Source: a virus (lineage: Duplodnaviria > Heunggongvirae > Uroviricota > Caudoviricetes). Taken from it: DNA of 64,000 bases. The position numbers and the translations under genes were made by a program. Below the pieces are notes generated by a model, which saw only the letters and a program-made list of their open reading frames with translations, did no database searches and was not told the origin of the DNA. This document shows, piece by piece, positions 44,760 to 53,984 of the stretch (its first letter is position 1; every line of letters starts with the position of its first letter). The stretch is from IMG/VR virus record IMGVR_UViG_3300017792_000001, positions 200,697 through 264,696 of that record. One strand, written 5' to 3'.

Positions 44760-46027
44760 TGGCTAGCAAACACCTGTGGATCGCCGAGCTGCAAGACCGT
44801 GACGGCAAGGCAGTCGAGTATCACAGCCTCGAACTCGAACCAGAGCACTACGAAAAGAAGGGTGACTGGAACCGTGCAATGACAAGCTGGTCGAACTTCC
44901 GCCAGCGCGAACGCGGTAACCTGAAGTGCAATCGCCCTCGTAACAGTCGCTGCAAGTGGGCAGTTAGCTGGCGGCCAGCAGACGATGCAGCGTACCAGTT
45001 GTTCGGTCTGCCTGAGGGTATCAAGCACCACAAAACCATCTGGGACTTGTACGAGGCCATTGGCTACAACTACAAGGCCAAGAAGTACGAACGCGCCGTG
45101 ACTGTCTATGCCATCGACCCAGGCAGCGAAGGCAGCGCGGTAGAAACCACATTCGAGGACGGGAAGCTTGTACAGATCCGTACTCTAGAGCCAGAGGATA
45201 ACAAAATGCCGGAACCAAGACGTATGCGCGGTGATGCCCCAGGTTTGGTGCACATTGACGAAGCAGGTTTCTTGAGTAACGATGGTCGTCCCGTCTACTC
45301 AGTTACTGGCGGCGGTGAAGAATCCCGCTTTGTTGTTCGCAATATGGCCACCGGCGAGTTTGTTGCTTTTGACGAAGCTCCACCACCCGGCCCATTGACT
45401 GTCCCTATTCCTGAAAAGATCGGCGTGATCGCAACCAGCTCTACTGCTGAGACTGTCACCGTCACCGAGCGCGCTGCTATGGGTGCTGGTATGGTTGCAG
45501 AACCCGCATCGCTGGAAGAAGCGAACCGTCTGCGTGCCAAGGTAGGGCTTGACCCATTGTTCGCTCAACCGATCCCTGAAGTCAGCGACCCTGGGTTTGC
45601 CCAAGAGACTCCGCAGATCAACGATCCCGGCTTCGCAGTCGCTCCAGAGATTGCTGCGTTCGCTGCCGAGGGTAATGCACCCGAAGGTTTCGAAATCACC
45701 GCACCTAACCCTGGGGCATGGCAAGAACCAGTAGTCAACCCGTTCAACGGTCTGAACGTCACTGCTGCACAAGCCCAGGCAATCGCTGCCAAGGTAAACG
45801 CAGAACCTGACGTAGAAGCCAAGAAGCGTATTCTGCAAGCCGAGTTGCGGTTCCATGCTGCTGATCAAGTACGCAATGCCGTCGTAATGCCCGGCGACAA
45901 GCGCAATGATCCACGTGTGATCGCGCACAAGAAAGGGGTGGTGAAAGCCCACCAGAAACTCAAACGTCAACAGGCTAAAGCAGAGAAGATGAAGGCTCTG
46001 CAAGTGAAGGCATTCAGTGGCAAGTGA
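44759..46027 (+). CDS. Hypothetical protein, paralog family member 3 with a long C-terminal extension
   Basis: HKTIWDLYEAIGYNYKAKKY at about aa 90-110. Confidence 0.7.
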   Translation: MASKHLWIAELQDRDGKAVEYHSLELEPEHYEKKGDWNRAMTSWSNFRQRERGNLKCNRPRNSRCKWAVSWRPADDAAYQLFGLPEGIKHHKTIWDLYEAIGYNYKAKKYERAVTVYAIDPGSEGSAVETTFEDGKLVQIRTLEPEDNKMPEPRRMRGDAPGLVHIDEAGFLSNDGRPVYSVTGGGEESRFVVRNMATGEFVAFDEAPPPGPLTVPIPEKIGVIATSSTAETVTVTERAAMGAGMVAEPASLEEANRLRAKVGLDPLFAQPIPEVSDPGFAQETPQINDPGFAVAPEIAAFAAEGNAPEGFEITAPNPGAWQEPVVNPFNGLNVTAAQAQAIAAKVNAEPDVEAKKRILQAELRFHAADQVRNAVVMPGDKRNDPRVIAHKKGVVKAHQKLKRQQAKAEKMKALQVKAFSGK

Positions 46028-46201
46028 ACCGTCGACCCGTAGCTTCCTGTCCGGTGATCTTCTCTGGGGCGTGAAGCAGTCTGATCCCACTGGTGTTGTC
46101 CCTGTCCGCAATCGTCATCTGGTTGTACAGACCCGTGACTTCACCACCAAACACCGCTCTCGTTTCCTATCCGAGAACGCCAGCACTTATTTGAGGTAGC
46201 C

Positions 46202-46567
46202 ATGCGTATTGTATACCGCGACATCGCTCAAGAGTTTGCTGTGCTGATGCAAGAGGCGATGCAGAATCGCGACAAGGTATCCAGTATTCAGGTTACCCGT
46301 GCCGAGTTGTCTGCGCTGCTCAACCATCTGGACGGCAAGCGGTTCTTCTCCGATTACTGGGGCCCGCGTGAAGTACGACTGCGCCAGCTTTCCACCGAGC
46401 ATCACGCATTGACCCAGAAACTGGAGCATGTGACGACTCAGGTAGAGCGCCAGGAAATCTTCGATGCCAAGTCTGCTATCGAACGCGAACAGGCGAAGAT
46501 CACCGAAGAAGTGCCGGATCAGATCACGCAGAACGGCATCCTCATCAAAGTCGTCATGAAGGCCTGA
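46202..46567 (+). CDS. Hypothetical protein
   Basis: GAGG RBS; coiled-coil segment. Confidence 0.65.
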   Translation: MRIVYRDIAQEFAVLMQEAMQNRDKVSSIQVTRAELSALLNHLDGKRFFSDYWGPREVRLRQLSTEHHALTQKLEHVTTQVERQEIFDAKSAIEREQAKITEEVPDQITQNGILIKVVMKA

Positions 46568-46569
46568 TC

Positions 46570-46914
46570 ATGGAACCGAAATCGTACAACTATCTACCCA
46601 TCGGCCGTGGCGACCAGTTCGTTAAGAACGGTGAGTTTGTGGTTACTGGGCACGATGCTTTGCTCAAGGCTGCAGCCGAGTTCCTTGCGAGTCACAATGC
46701 CAAGCCGCAGGAAGTTGACATCGGCTTCATGGGCATTAAAGGCCCGCTGCTGCTCGACACGAAAGACGAGGAGGTTGACCATCAGCGTTGCGGTTATCCT
46801 CGCGTCGTCAAGTTCGCACTGGTGGAGAAACCCGAAGGCGCCATTGCCAAGCTGATCTACAGCTTCGATCACTTCGACCTGTCAACCATGCAAGGTTACC
46901 TGAATCGTCCGTAA
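46570..46914 (+). CDS. Hypothetical protein
   Basis: 114 aa ORF before a terminator. Confidence 0.6.
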   Translation: MEPKSYNYLPIGRGDQFVKNGEFVVTGHDALLKAAAEFLASHNAKPQEVDIGFMGIKGPLLLDTKDEEVDHQRCGYPRVVKFALVEKPEGAIAKLIYSFDHFDLSTMQGYLNRP

Positions 46915-46921
46915 CAAACCA

Positions 46922-46955
46922 AAGACCCTGCCTAACCGCGGGGTCTTTTCGTTTT
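46922..46955 (+). terminator. Intrinsic terminator
   Basis: aagaccctgc / gcggggtctt followed by ttcgtttt. Confidence 0.75.
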
Positions 46956-46963
46956 CCGCGTCG

Positions 46964-46970
46964 TAATTTA
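46964..46970 (+). promoter_or_regulatory. TAATTTA candidate late promoter
   Basis: About 40 nt upstream of the virion gene at 47009. Confidence 0.6.
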
Positions 46971-47008
46971 GTGCTGGTAGTACGTTCACTACAGATAGGA
47001 GCACAAAC

Positions 47009-48634
47009 GTGGAATTTCACAATCCCAAAGTCATTGGTGACTTGACGCTTACCCAAGCGCCAACGTTGCCAGACCATGGTGTTCGTCTACAGGATCTGGA
47101 TGCTCGCGTCCAGCCACTGAAAGCGTTCGCCACGGATATTGTTGGTACCGGCGGTACTGGCATCGTCGCACAGAAGGTCTACGCCCCTACCGTTCCAGCA
47201 AACAAGATTTTGCTGAGCGCTGTGGCAGATACCGAGAACGTCACCGTTCAAGTGCTCGGGCAAGGCGGCTTGTTCACTGCGCCTGTAGTGAAAGTTAACG
47301 GAATCACCGTTGCAAACTGGGCACCGTCTGGCGACAGCAACCTGTTCGCTGGTTCGGTCGATCTGGTTCTCGCAACTTCCGGTGACATCACCATCGAGAC
47401 AGAAGGCGGCACTACCTCCAAGGTCACCCTGACTCTTGCTACCGAAGGTCCAGTTGTTCAAACTGTTACCATCGGCGCATTGCCTGGTGCTCAGACCGAA
47501 GCGAAGCAGAACGACGTGGTTTCGATCACTGGTGCTGTCGCGAACGATGCAGTCTCCATGGCCGTTTCTGATCTTGGTGCTGCCAAGTCTGGTACGATCA
47601 CAACGTTCGGCGCCAACAACAGCGCTGGTCAAGGCTTCAAAACCTTCACTGGTACTTTCGTTGCTGCGAATCGCACTGGTCTGCAAAACGTTACGGTCGT
47701 TGCGAAGAACGCTCTGGGCACTGACGGTACTCCAGTTGCTTCTGGCAATCAGATCACCCTCAACCAGACCGTGCCTACAATCGGCGCTGTGTCGGTCAAC
47801 TACCCGAACGGTCAGTCTGGCCTCAAGAACGGCGACGTTGCAGCAGTCAGCTCCACGATCACCAATGCTGATAGCGTTACCTACGCTTTCAACGCTGCTG
47901 GTCAGACCGTTGCTATCGAAGACCCGAACGTGTACGCGGTCAGCAAGAACGTCACGCTCACCGACGGCACGTACAACGTGGCGAACAACTACACCATCAC
48001 GGCTGTTAAAGCGTCGAACGGTGCGCAAGCCACTCGCCAAGCCTCCATCAAGATCGCAAACACCGCAGCTACTGCCACTATCACAGTGCAAGGCAACCCG
48101 GCTCGTCTGCGTACCGATGCGAACGGCGAAACGTACACCCTGGTTGTTACTCCGAACCAAGTGCTCAACGGCAACCCGAACCTCGATCTGGGCGACGGTG
48201 CAACGTGGGTCGGCAACTGGGCCAACAACGCGAACGTCTTCACTCGTACCTTCTCGGTCAGTGATGCAACTCCACGTGGCGCACTCGCGATCACTGGTAC
48301 CATCAACAACCTGGCAAACATCGGCAGCCCTGCTACTGGCAGCGTAACCGTTGGCGGCTTGCTCGAACGCACCATCACGTTCGCAGCGTTCAGCCGTACC
48401 GCACCTCTGGGTGTCAAGGTTGCTGACATCAGCAAAGCGCGTGCTCGTTACGCCGGTGCTTCCAGCGATCTGGCGCGTCGTGCTGATACCACTGACGTTG
48501 CTGCATCGTTCACCATCGTCAACCAAGCTGGCGTGTATGACCCGAATGGCGATTACCTGTTCATCTCGGATGCTGCGTATGCTGGTGCGAACACCTCCGG
48601 CACACTGCAACTGACCTTCGAGGAGACCCTGTAA
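47009..48634 (+). CDS. Virion structural protein with Ig-like beta-sandwich repeats (fibre or decoration)
   Basis: T/A/G/N/V-rich all-beta sequence; AGGAG RBS + GTG. Confidence 0.7.
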   Translation: MEFHNPKVIGDLTLTQAPTLPDHGVRLQDLDARVQPLKAFATDIVGTGGTGIVAQKVYAPTVPANKILLSAVADTENVTVQVLGQGGLFTAPVVKVNGITVANWAPSGDSNLFAGSVDLVLATSGDITIETEGGTTSKVTLTLATEGPVVQTVTIGALPGAQTEAKQNDVVSITGAVANDAVSMAVSDLGAAKSGTITTFGANNSAGQGFKTFTGTFVAANRTGLQNVTVVAKNALGTDGTPVASGNQITLNQTVPTIGAVSVNYPNGQSGLKNGDVAAVSSTITNADSVTYAFNAAGQTVAIEDPNVYAVSKNVTLTDGTYNVANNYTITAVKASNGAQATRQASIKIANTAATATITVQGNPARLRTDANGETYTLVVTPNQVLNGNPNLDLGDGATWVGNWANNANVFTRTFSVSDATPRGALAITGTINNLANIGSPATGSVTVGGLLERTITFAAFSRTAPLGVKVADISKARARYAGASSDLARRADTTDVAASFTIVNQAGVYDPNGDYLFISDAAYAGANTSGTLQLTFEETL

Positions 48635-49065
48635 TGGCTAACCCATTCGAAGACTTCATCCAGCGTGAAATGCCGCTGCGTCCGTTCATGCCCTCTGACA
48701 TCGCTGTCGAGTCCGTGATCATTCGTCGTGGCGAAGGCCCGCGTCAACTGGCTGGTGTGCAACTCACCGAAGGCCAAGTGCTCGGTCTGAAAAACGGCTT
48801 GCTGCAAGGTGTAACTGCTGGTGCTGGCGGCTCTGCCGTTGATGCCGTTGCTTACGAGCAGGAAGAAGCAGCCACTACCTGGACTGTCACTCACAACCGC
48901 AATAATGTAAACGTTGTTGTGAACGTGTATGACGCCGACGGTAACTGGTTCGCGCCTAACGGCCTGAAAGTAACTGCCAACACCGTGGTCGTCGATGTAC
49001 TGGAAGCGCAAGCAGGTCGCGTCGTGTTGATTTTCATCCCGGCAACGCCTGAAGAACCCGCTTAA
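48634..49065 (+). CDS. Virion structural protein
   Basis: AATTWTVTHN..VVVNVYDADG motif typical of fibre-associated proteins. Confidence 0.6.
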   Translation: MANPFEDFIQREMPLRPFMPSDIAVESVIIRRGEGPRQLAGVQLTEGQVLGLKNGLLQGVTAGAGGSAVDAVAYEQEEAATTWTVTHNRNNVNVVVNVYDADGNWFAPNGLKVTANTVVVDVLEAQAGRVVLIFIPATPEEPA

Positions 49066-49082
49066 CTCGATGGAGCTACAAG

Positions 49083-49520
49083 GTGTTTCCATTATCTCAA
49101 CTCAACTCTCTCGTCCAGGCGGTCGTGCTCACAGCAGACCTAAAGCCCATGGAAAAGATTGCTTTCCGCAACATGGCAGTCCTGCTATTCAAGGACGTGT
49201 CGATTGACGGCAAGTTACACGAAAAGCCATTGATCGTTGTGGACAAGCTCAACAATGATCCAGCCCTGATCATGATCGTGAAATTCACCAACGAGGCGCT
49301 GGATCAGTTCACCTACACATTTCAGTTTGAGTGCTGGCCTACGAACAAGCTCCAACAGGTTGATGCGCCATGGATGCCAGGCGACGTCAAGGTAGTACCG
49401 AAGCCGAAGATGAAACTCAGCTTCTTAGCCGAGCGGAATGCGGTGGTCTACTTCAACCAGGCCTTCGAGGGTAACTTCAAGGATACACTCAGACAAATGG
49501 CGCAGGTGCTTGGACGATGA
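49083..49520 (+). CDS. Hypothetical protein
   Basis: 145 aa ORF. Confidence 0.55.
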   Translation: MFPLSQLNSLVQAVVLTADLKPMEKIAFRNMAVLLFKDVSIDGKLHEKPLIVVDKLNNDPALIMIVKFTNEALDQFTYTFQFECWPTNKLQQVDAPWMPGDVKVVPKPKMKLSFLAERNAVVYFNQAFEGNFKDTLRQMAQVLGR

Positions 49521-49990
49521 TCGTCTTTCTGGACAAGGACGGTGTGTTCGAGCATTATCGGGCGCATTGTGCAGGCCTCAAGTACGATCCCATTGCTTCA
49601 CGGGTATTGTCTGGCTTTTTCAAGCGCCCTGATGTTCAGGTGGTTATCAGCGCGACGTTCAGGAAGATCCACACCCGAGAGTCTGCTCTTGAGCACCTCA
49701 AGGAACGTGGCATCACCTGTACGCTGCATGAAGACTGGCGCACCGATACCAAGGTCTGTAGGAGTTCTGAGATTTATGACTGGCTGGAACGTCATGGCTT
49801 TCCGGATGACTACCTGATGATCGACGATGAATCTCCGCTACCTCATTTGGATCCCGCGAAGTGGATTCAGGGACACCCATATGAGGGCTTGCTCACCGAA
49901 TCGCTCAAGCGGCTCGACGCATTAGCTGGGATTGATTACGGGCATTCGATGAAATGGGAATCGCAGCGTAGAATCCGCGATAAGCAGTAA
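49517..49990 (+). CDS. HAD-superfamily phosphatase (Swiss-Army-Knife RNA-repair type)
   Basis: IVFLDKDGV, VVISATFR, YLMIDD. Confidence 0.8.
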   Translation: MIVFLDKDGVFEHYRAHCAGLKYDPIASRVLSGFFKRPDVQVVISATFRKIHTRESALEHLKERGITCTLHEDWRTDTKVCRSSEIYDWLERHGFPDDYLMIDDESPLPHLDPAKWIQGHPYEGLLTESLKRLDALAGIDYGHSMKWESQRRIRDKQ

Positions 49991-49994
49991 CACC

Positions 49995-50021
49995 AAGGGT
50001 GGGCTTCGGCTCACCCTTTTT
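49995..50021 (+). terminator. Intrinsic terminator
   Basis: aagggtgggc-ttcg-gctcaccctt followed by ttt. Confidence 0.8.
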
Positions 50022-50047
50022 CAGGTCTCCAATCTATCCCTAGTGCA

Positions 50048-50054
50048 TAATTTA
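50048..50054 (+). promoter_or_regulatory. TAATTTA candidate late promoter
   Basis: 24 nt upstream of the 50079 start. Confidence 0.55.
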
Positions 50055-50078
50055 CTCGCATGTTAACGGAGACATGCT

Positions 50079-51425
50079 ATGGACCTTGCACTAGCGGCCA
50101 CTTCTGATTTTGCCGGGTATACATACACCAGCAAGACCAAGATTCTGTTCGACGATCACCACGATGAATACGAAGTGGACTTTGTTGAAGGTGACAAGTT
50201 CAAGATTCAGATCAACGGCGGTAACGTCATCCTTATCCATGCCGATGCACCAAAGGTGAAATTCATCTGCCCGGTCACGGATAAGAAGTACATCAAGCTC
50301 ATGCGCGGCAGTACGCCCGCTGCTTTCGAGTTTATCCCAACACCGAAATTTCCGCACTACCCATTTATTCCGCGATTGACCTTCGAGTTGATCCCGCATA
50401 TCTACGAATACCTGAACAACACCTACTTCAACGGCATGTGCCCGAAGTCGATTCTGTTCAAGAAGTCCACGTCGAAAGAAGCACTCGGCGTTGCGATGTA
50501 CGACAAGGTTCGTGGGCGTGAACTGTTCCGCATGAAAGTCAACATGAAGATGATCGGCAACGATATGATCCTCTTCATCGACACCTTGCTCCACGAAATG
50601 ATTCACCTGTACTTGTACCGCAAAGGACTTGATCAACACCGCAACGATATCCTGCAAGATGGCCATGGCGTGTACTTCCAGGCTGAAATGAATCGACTGA
50701 ATAAGCTCGGGTTCAACATCAGCATCATCCTGCAATGGGAACAGCGGGATCAGGAGATTGCCAGTGAGTATTACGTGCTCGCGATCACTGACTCGAAACA
50801 CCCGAAGAACGGCAAATACTTCTGGACCACGACCAACATTGAGCGTGACTTCCAGACGTTCGTTGCGCAGATCACCAAGTATGATCCAGCATCGCTGTTC
50901 ACCATCGAATTGTACGCCACCAAGAATCAGGCGCTCAAAGGGCAACCGATGATACAGACGAACGGGAAGATCCCTGAGTCGAAGCTGGGTCTCTGGTGGA
51001 AGAAACAGGAAGTTGGCGGTCGCATGGTGCAGTCTTTCCAAGTGACACCTCAATCTGCGGTGGATAGCAACCAGTTCATCAAGGTGCCGAAGGCCGAGGA
51101 AGTCTACTACGCCCAGCCGCTTGCTGTGTTCAGTAGCTGGTTGCGGAAGACCAAGATCAACTATGCCAATGACGATGCAGCGTACTCAATCTGGATTCGA
51201 TTCCCAGTTGCGAAGATCATCCCGTTCGCTGAGGCCGAGTTGATTGAAATCCACAAAGCCCTTGCACGTGGACTTGCTGATCAGGATATCAAGCGCCGTC
51301 TTACTGCCGTGTTCGCTCGCTTCGACAACCGTGCCAATCAGGGCGAGTATCGTCGTGCGATTACCGCCATCATTGAGAAGCATAAGCTGGATGCTTTGCT
51401 TCAATACCCGCAATTGGGACTCTGA
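50079..51425 (+). CDS. SprT-like zinc metalloprotease domain protein
   Basis: YLNNTYFNG, TLLHEMIH (HExxH), GHGVYF. Confidence 0.8.
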   Translation: MDLALAATSDFAGYTYTSKTKILFDDHHDEYEVDFVEGDKFKIQINGGNVILIHADAPKVKFICPVTDKKYIKLMRGSTPAAFEFIPTPKFPHYPFIPRLTFELIPHIYEYLNNTYFNGMCPKSILFKKSTSKEALGVAMYDKVRGRELFRMKVNMKMIGNDMILFIDTLLHEMIHLYLYRKGLDQHRNDILQDGHGVYFQAEMNRLNKLGFNISIILQWEQRDQEIASEYYVLAITDSKHPKNGKYFWTTTNIERDFQTFVAQITKYDPASLFTIELYATKNQALKGQPMIQTNGKIPESKLGLWWKKQEVGGRMVQSFQVTPQSAVDSNQFIKVPKAEEVYYAQPLAVFSSWLRKTKINYANDDAAYSIWIRFPVAKIIPFAEAELIEIHKALARGLADQDIKRRLTAVFARFDNRANQGEYRRAITAIIEKHKLDALLQYPQLGL

Positions 51426-51428
51426 CCT

Positions 51429-51911
51429 ATGGGCCGCAAGGAAGTAACAAAGGCACTTACCGAGGCAGTCACTCATTACTTCGTCCACAAGATGTTTGCC
51501 GTGTTCCCTGAATTCGGTGTTGGTCGTCGTGGTGAGAGACGCCTTGATCTAATGTGCTTGCACACCAGCTTGAACGTCACCGGTATCGAGGTTAAAAGCT
51601 GCAAAGCTGATTATGCTGCTGACAAGAAATGGATGGAGTACTTGGCTTACACCAACAAACTCTACCTAGCCTTACCGCCGAGCATGATCGACTCGCCTTT
51701 CTACGAAAAGATACTCGCCGATATTACCCCACACGGTATTGGAGTGATGACACTCGCTCCATCAGGGTACATGATGGTTGTCAAACCGGCAAAGAGCCGA
51801 GACGTCGATGACCTAGTCATTGGCAAATTGCTGGTTAAGATGGCCTGGCGTGGAGGCGCCTCACGAAGGAATGTCTCCCGTAGAAAACGAATCTTTCTGG
51901 AGGAAAAGTAA
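51429..51911 (+). CDS. MmcB-like PD-(D/E)XK nuclease
   Basis: RLDLM..IEVKSCKADY..DKKW.EYL.Y...Y. Confidence 0.75.
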   Translation: MGRKEVTKALTEAVTHYFVHKMFAVFPEFGVGRRGERRLDLMCLHTSLNVTGIEVKSCKADYAADKKWMEYLAYTNKLYLALPPSMIDSPFYEKILADITPHGIGVMTLAPSGYMMVVKPAKSRDVDDLVIGKLLVKMAWRGGASRRNVSRRKRIFLEEK

Positions 51912-51912
51912 C

Positions 51913-52566
51913 ATGGCAAAGAAGCATCGTGGCGCGTTTATCTCAGTCGAAGGCCTTGATGGTGCCGGCAAGACCTCCAACATCCGCAACCTTGACAATC
52001 GGTTTGCGCATGGGGAAATGCCGTATTTCATCGCAAGCGAGTACGACGACAGCAAGTTCTGCAAGGGCATTCGTGACTCGCTGAACAACCAGAATCCAAC
52101 ATTGGATCCTGTTGCCGAAACCCTGGGGTTCTACCTCTCGCGTATCGAGCACACCCAGAAGATTCTGGCGCCGTATCTCAAGTCCGGCACGACCGTGATT
52201 ACGGACCGCTACTATCACAGCACCCTTGCGTACCAAAGCATCAAGCTGCAAGAAGCCCGTGTGCATGACATTCACAACATGGTCAAGGATCGCTTGGTAG
52301 AGCCTGATCTGATCCTGTTCTATGACATCCCAGTGGACGTGTACGAAGCCCGTGTGCGGATGCGTGGCAAGTCCCTGGACAAGATCGAAAGCCGTGGTCT
52401 GGAGTATTTCACCCAAGTCCGCGCTAATTTCCACAAGTTAGCAGTGAATGACCCACGCTTTATCGTGATCGACGCCTCGGTTCCACTTGAGGATGTCTTC
52501 ATCGAAACACAGCGTGTGGTTGACGAATTCCTAAGGACTTTCAATGAAAATCTCATTCAGCCTTAA
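51913..52566 (+). CDS. tmk: Thymidylate kinase
   Basis: FISVEGLDGAGKT, VITDRY, STLAYQ, PDL, IDAS. Confidence 0.92.
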   Translation: MAKKHRGAFISVEGLDGAGKTSNIRNLDNRFAHGEMPYFIASEYDDSKFCKGIRDSLNNQNPTLDPVAETLGFYLSRIEHTQKILAPYLKSGTTVITDRYYHSTLAYQSIKLQEARVHDIHNMVKDRLVEPDLILFYDIPVDVYEARVRMRGKSLDKIESRGLEYFTQVRANFHKLAVNDPRFIVIDASVPLEDVFIETQRVVDEFLRTFNENLIQP

Positions 52567-53011
52567 GTCACGCATCAAAGCGTTGGCGATGTCCACCAAC
52601 CGACTACCTGACGAAATCATTGCAAACCTCGTCAAGGGTCGGAAGCATTGGCGTGACCTGCCTGCGCGTCTTTCCTATCTACCGGTTCTCCATAAGGGCC
52701 GGTACATCGGTGTAATGAACGAGCAAAGCCCGCACGAAAACGCCGTTGCGTATGCCAAACTGCACAAGCTGGATGTGTGCGTCGGTTACGTTGTCTGGCG
52801 TGAAGAACCATCACTGCCATGGAAGATTGAACCGTACTCATTTTGCGTGAGACCAGATGATGATCGCGTGGTTGATCCCACAAAAGGTCATGACTGGTCC
52901 AAGATGAAGGTTTACTACCTCGGCTTCCGCGTTCCCAAGAAGGATATTGCTGGATTGAAGTATCTGCACTACTTCGAACGGATGCAGTACGTCCAGCAGC
53001 ACGCTGCATGA
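52544..53011 (+). CDS. Hypothetical protein with MKISFSL leader
   Basis: AAGGA RBS; TAATTTC at 52425. Confidence 0.65.
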   Translation: MKISFSLKSRIKALAMSTNRLPDEIIANLVKGRKHWRDLPARLSYLPVLHKGRYIGVMNEQSPHENAVAYAKLHKLDVCVGYVVWREEPSLPWKIEPYSFCVRPDDDRVVDPTKGHDWSKMKVYYLGFRVPKKDIAGLKYLHYFERMQYVQQHAA

Positions 53012-53021
53012 GGGTTGCACC

Positions 53022-53984
53022 ATGTCTCAGGCTTATGACGCACCGGTATCCATTGTTCTGAACAAAGATGTCCTTTTGACGCCTGAGACTCAGCGACTGC
53101 TGGCTGGTTTGGGCATCAACCCAAAAGAGACCAGCCAGTTTGAGTTGGTTGGAAGTGTGATGTCTCACAAGCACATGGTGAGTTCGTGGATTGTGTTGAA
53201 GATGCGGATCACGGCTATCCTGAAATCAGGTGTGCCGTACGCTGGACTCGACGACATCATGGCGATCACCATCAGCAACATCGCGCCCATTCAAACGGTA
53301 CGTGTTGCGCCAGAGGCAGAGCAAGAAGAGGTGTATCGGGTACGTGACCCGTTAATCACCAACAACATCGGCATTATGCCAAACGAAGAACTGGTCATCC
53401 GTCGTTCAGGTGACCTTTTGTCGTTAGCGCATGAGCAGTTTGAAATCCAGCTAAAGGAATGCGACCTGGCGAAGATCAAGGAGAAAAGCGTGCGCAAGGA
53501 GCGATACGCTGTGATCATGCCAGACGAAAGCATGTGGCGGGTCGTCTCGTTACAAGGCTACAGTCTTGCCGAAGTCATCGAGCAAGTCCAAGTTGCGCCG
53601 GAAGCGATGTTCTGTCGCTCTGGTATTGAAACAGGTTACTACAGCACTCCAGCTTTATTTCGGTTGAAGCGCACCATCTATAAAACAGACGGCAAGAAGA
53701 CCCACGTACTCAACTGGCTGCAACACCTGTACTTGTACGGTGAGTGGCCAGAAGATGCAGAGCTAGAACACCCGATCGTCATGCGTTGGAAGTCGATGCA
53801 CAAGGTACCCGACTTCGACACGGACGAGTTCGTTCAGTTCATGGCATTCCATGTGTGCCGCCATCGTTCGCTGACTGCTACTGTCCGCACCGAAGGCCGC
53901 ATGATTGTCACGGACAAAGGGCCAGTTCGCCCGCGTGACTTCTTCGCCCAATACGACGAGATTGCCCATGCAAACCAGTCTTAG
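53022..53984 (+). CDS. Hypothetical protein
   Basis: 320 aa ORF, GAGG RBS. Confidence 0.65.
   Translation: MSQAYDAPVSIVLNKDVLLTPETQRLLAGLGINPKETSQFELVGSVMSHKHMVSSWIVLKMRITAILKSGVPYAGLDDIMAITISNIAPIQTVRVAPEAEQEEVYRVRDPLITNNIGIMPNEELVIRRSGDLLSLAHEQFEIQLKECDLAKIKEKSVRKERYAVIMPDESMWRVVSLQGYSLAEVIEQVQVAPEAMFCRSGIETGYYSTPALFRLKRTIYKTDGKKTHVLNWLQHLYLYGEWPEDAELEHPIVMRWKSMHKVPDFDTDEFVQFMAFHVCRHRSLTATVRTEGRMIVTDKGPVRPRDFFAQYDEIAHANQS

Noticed and set aside
46017-46199. 60-aa ORF filling the gap between 44759 and 46202 genes
   Set aside because: Weak RBS and no motifs; cannot be supported
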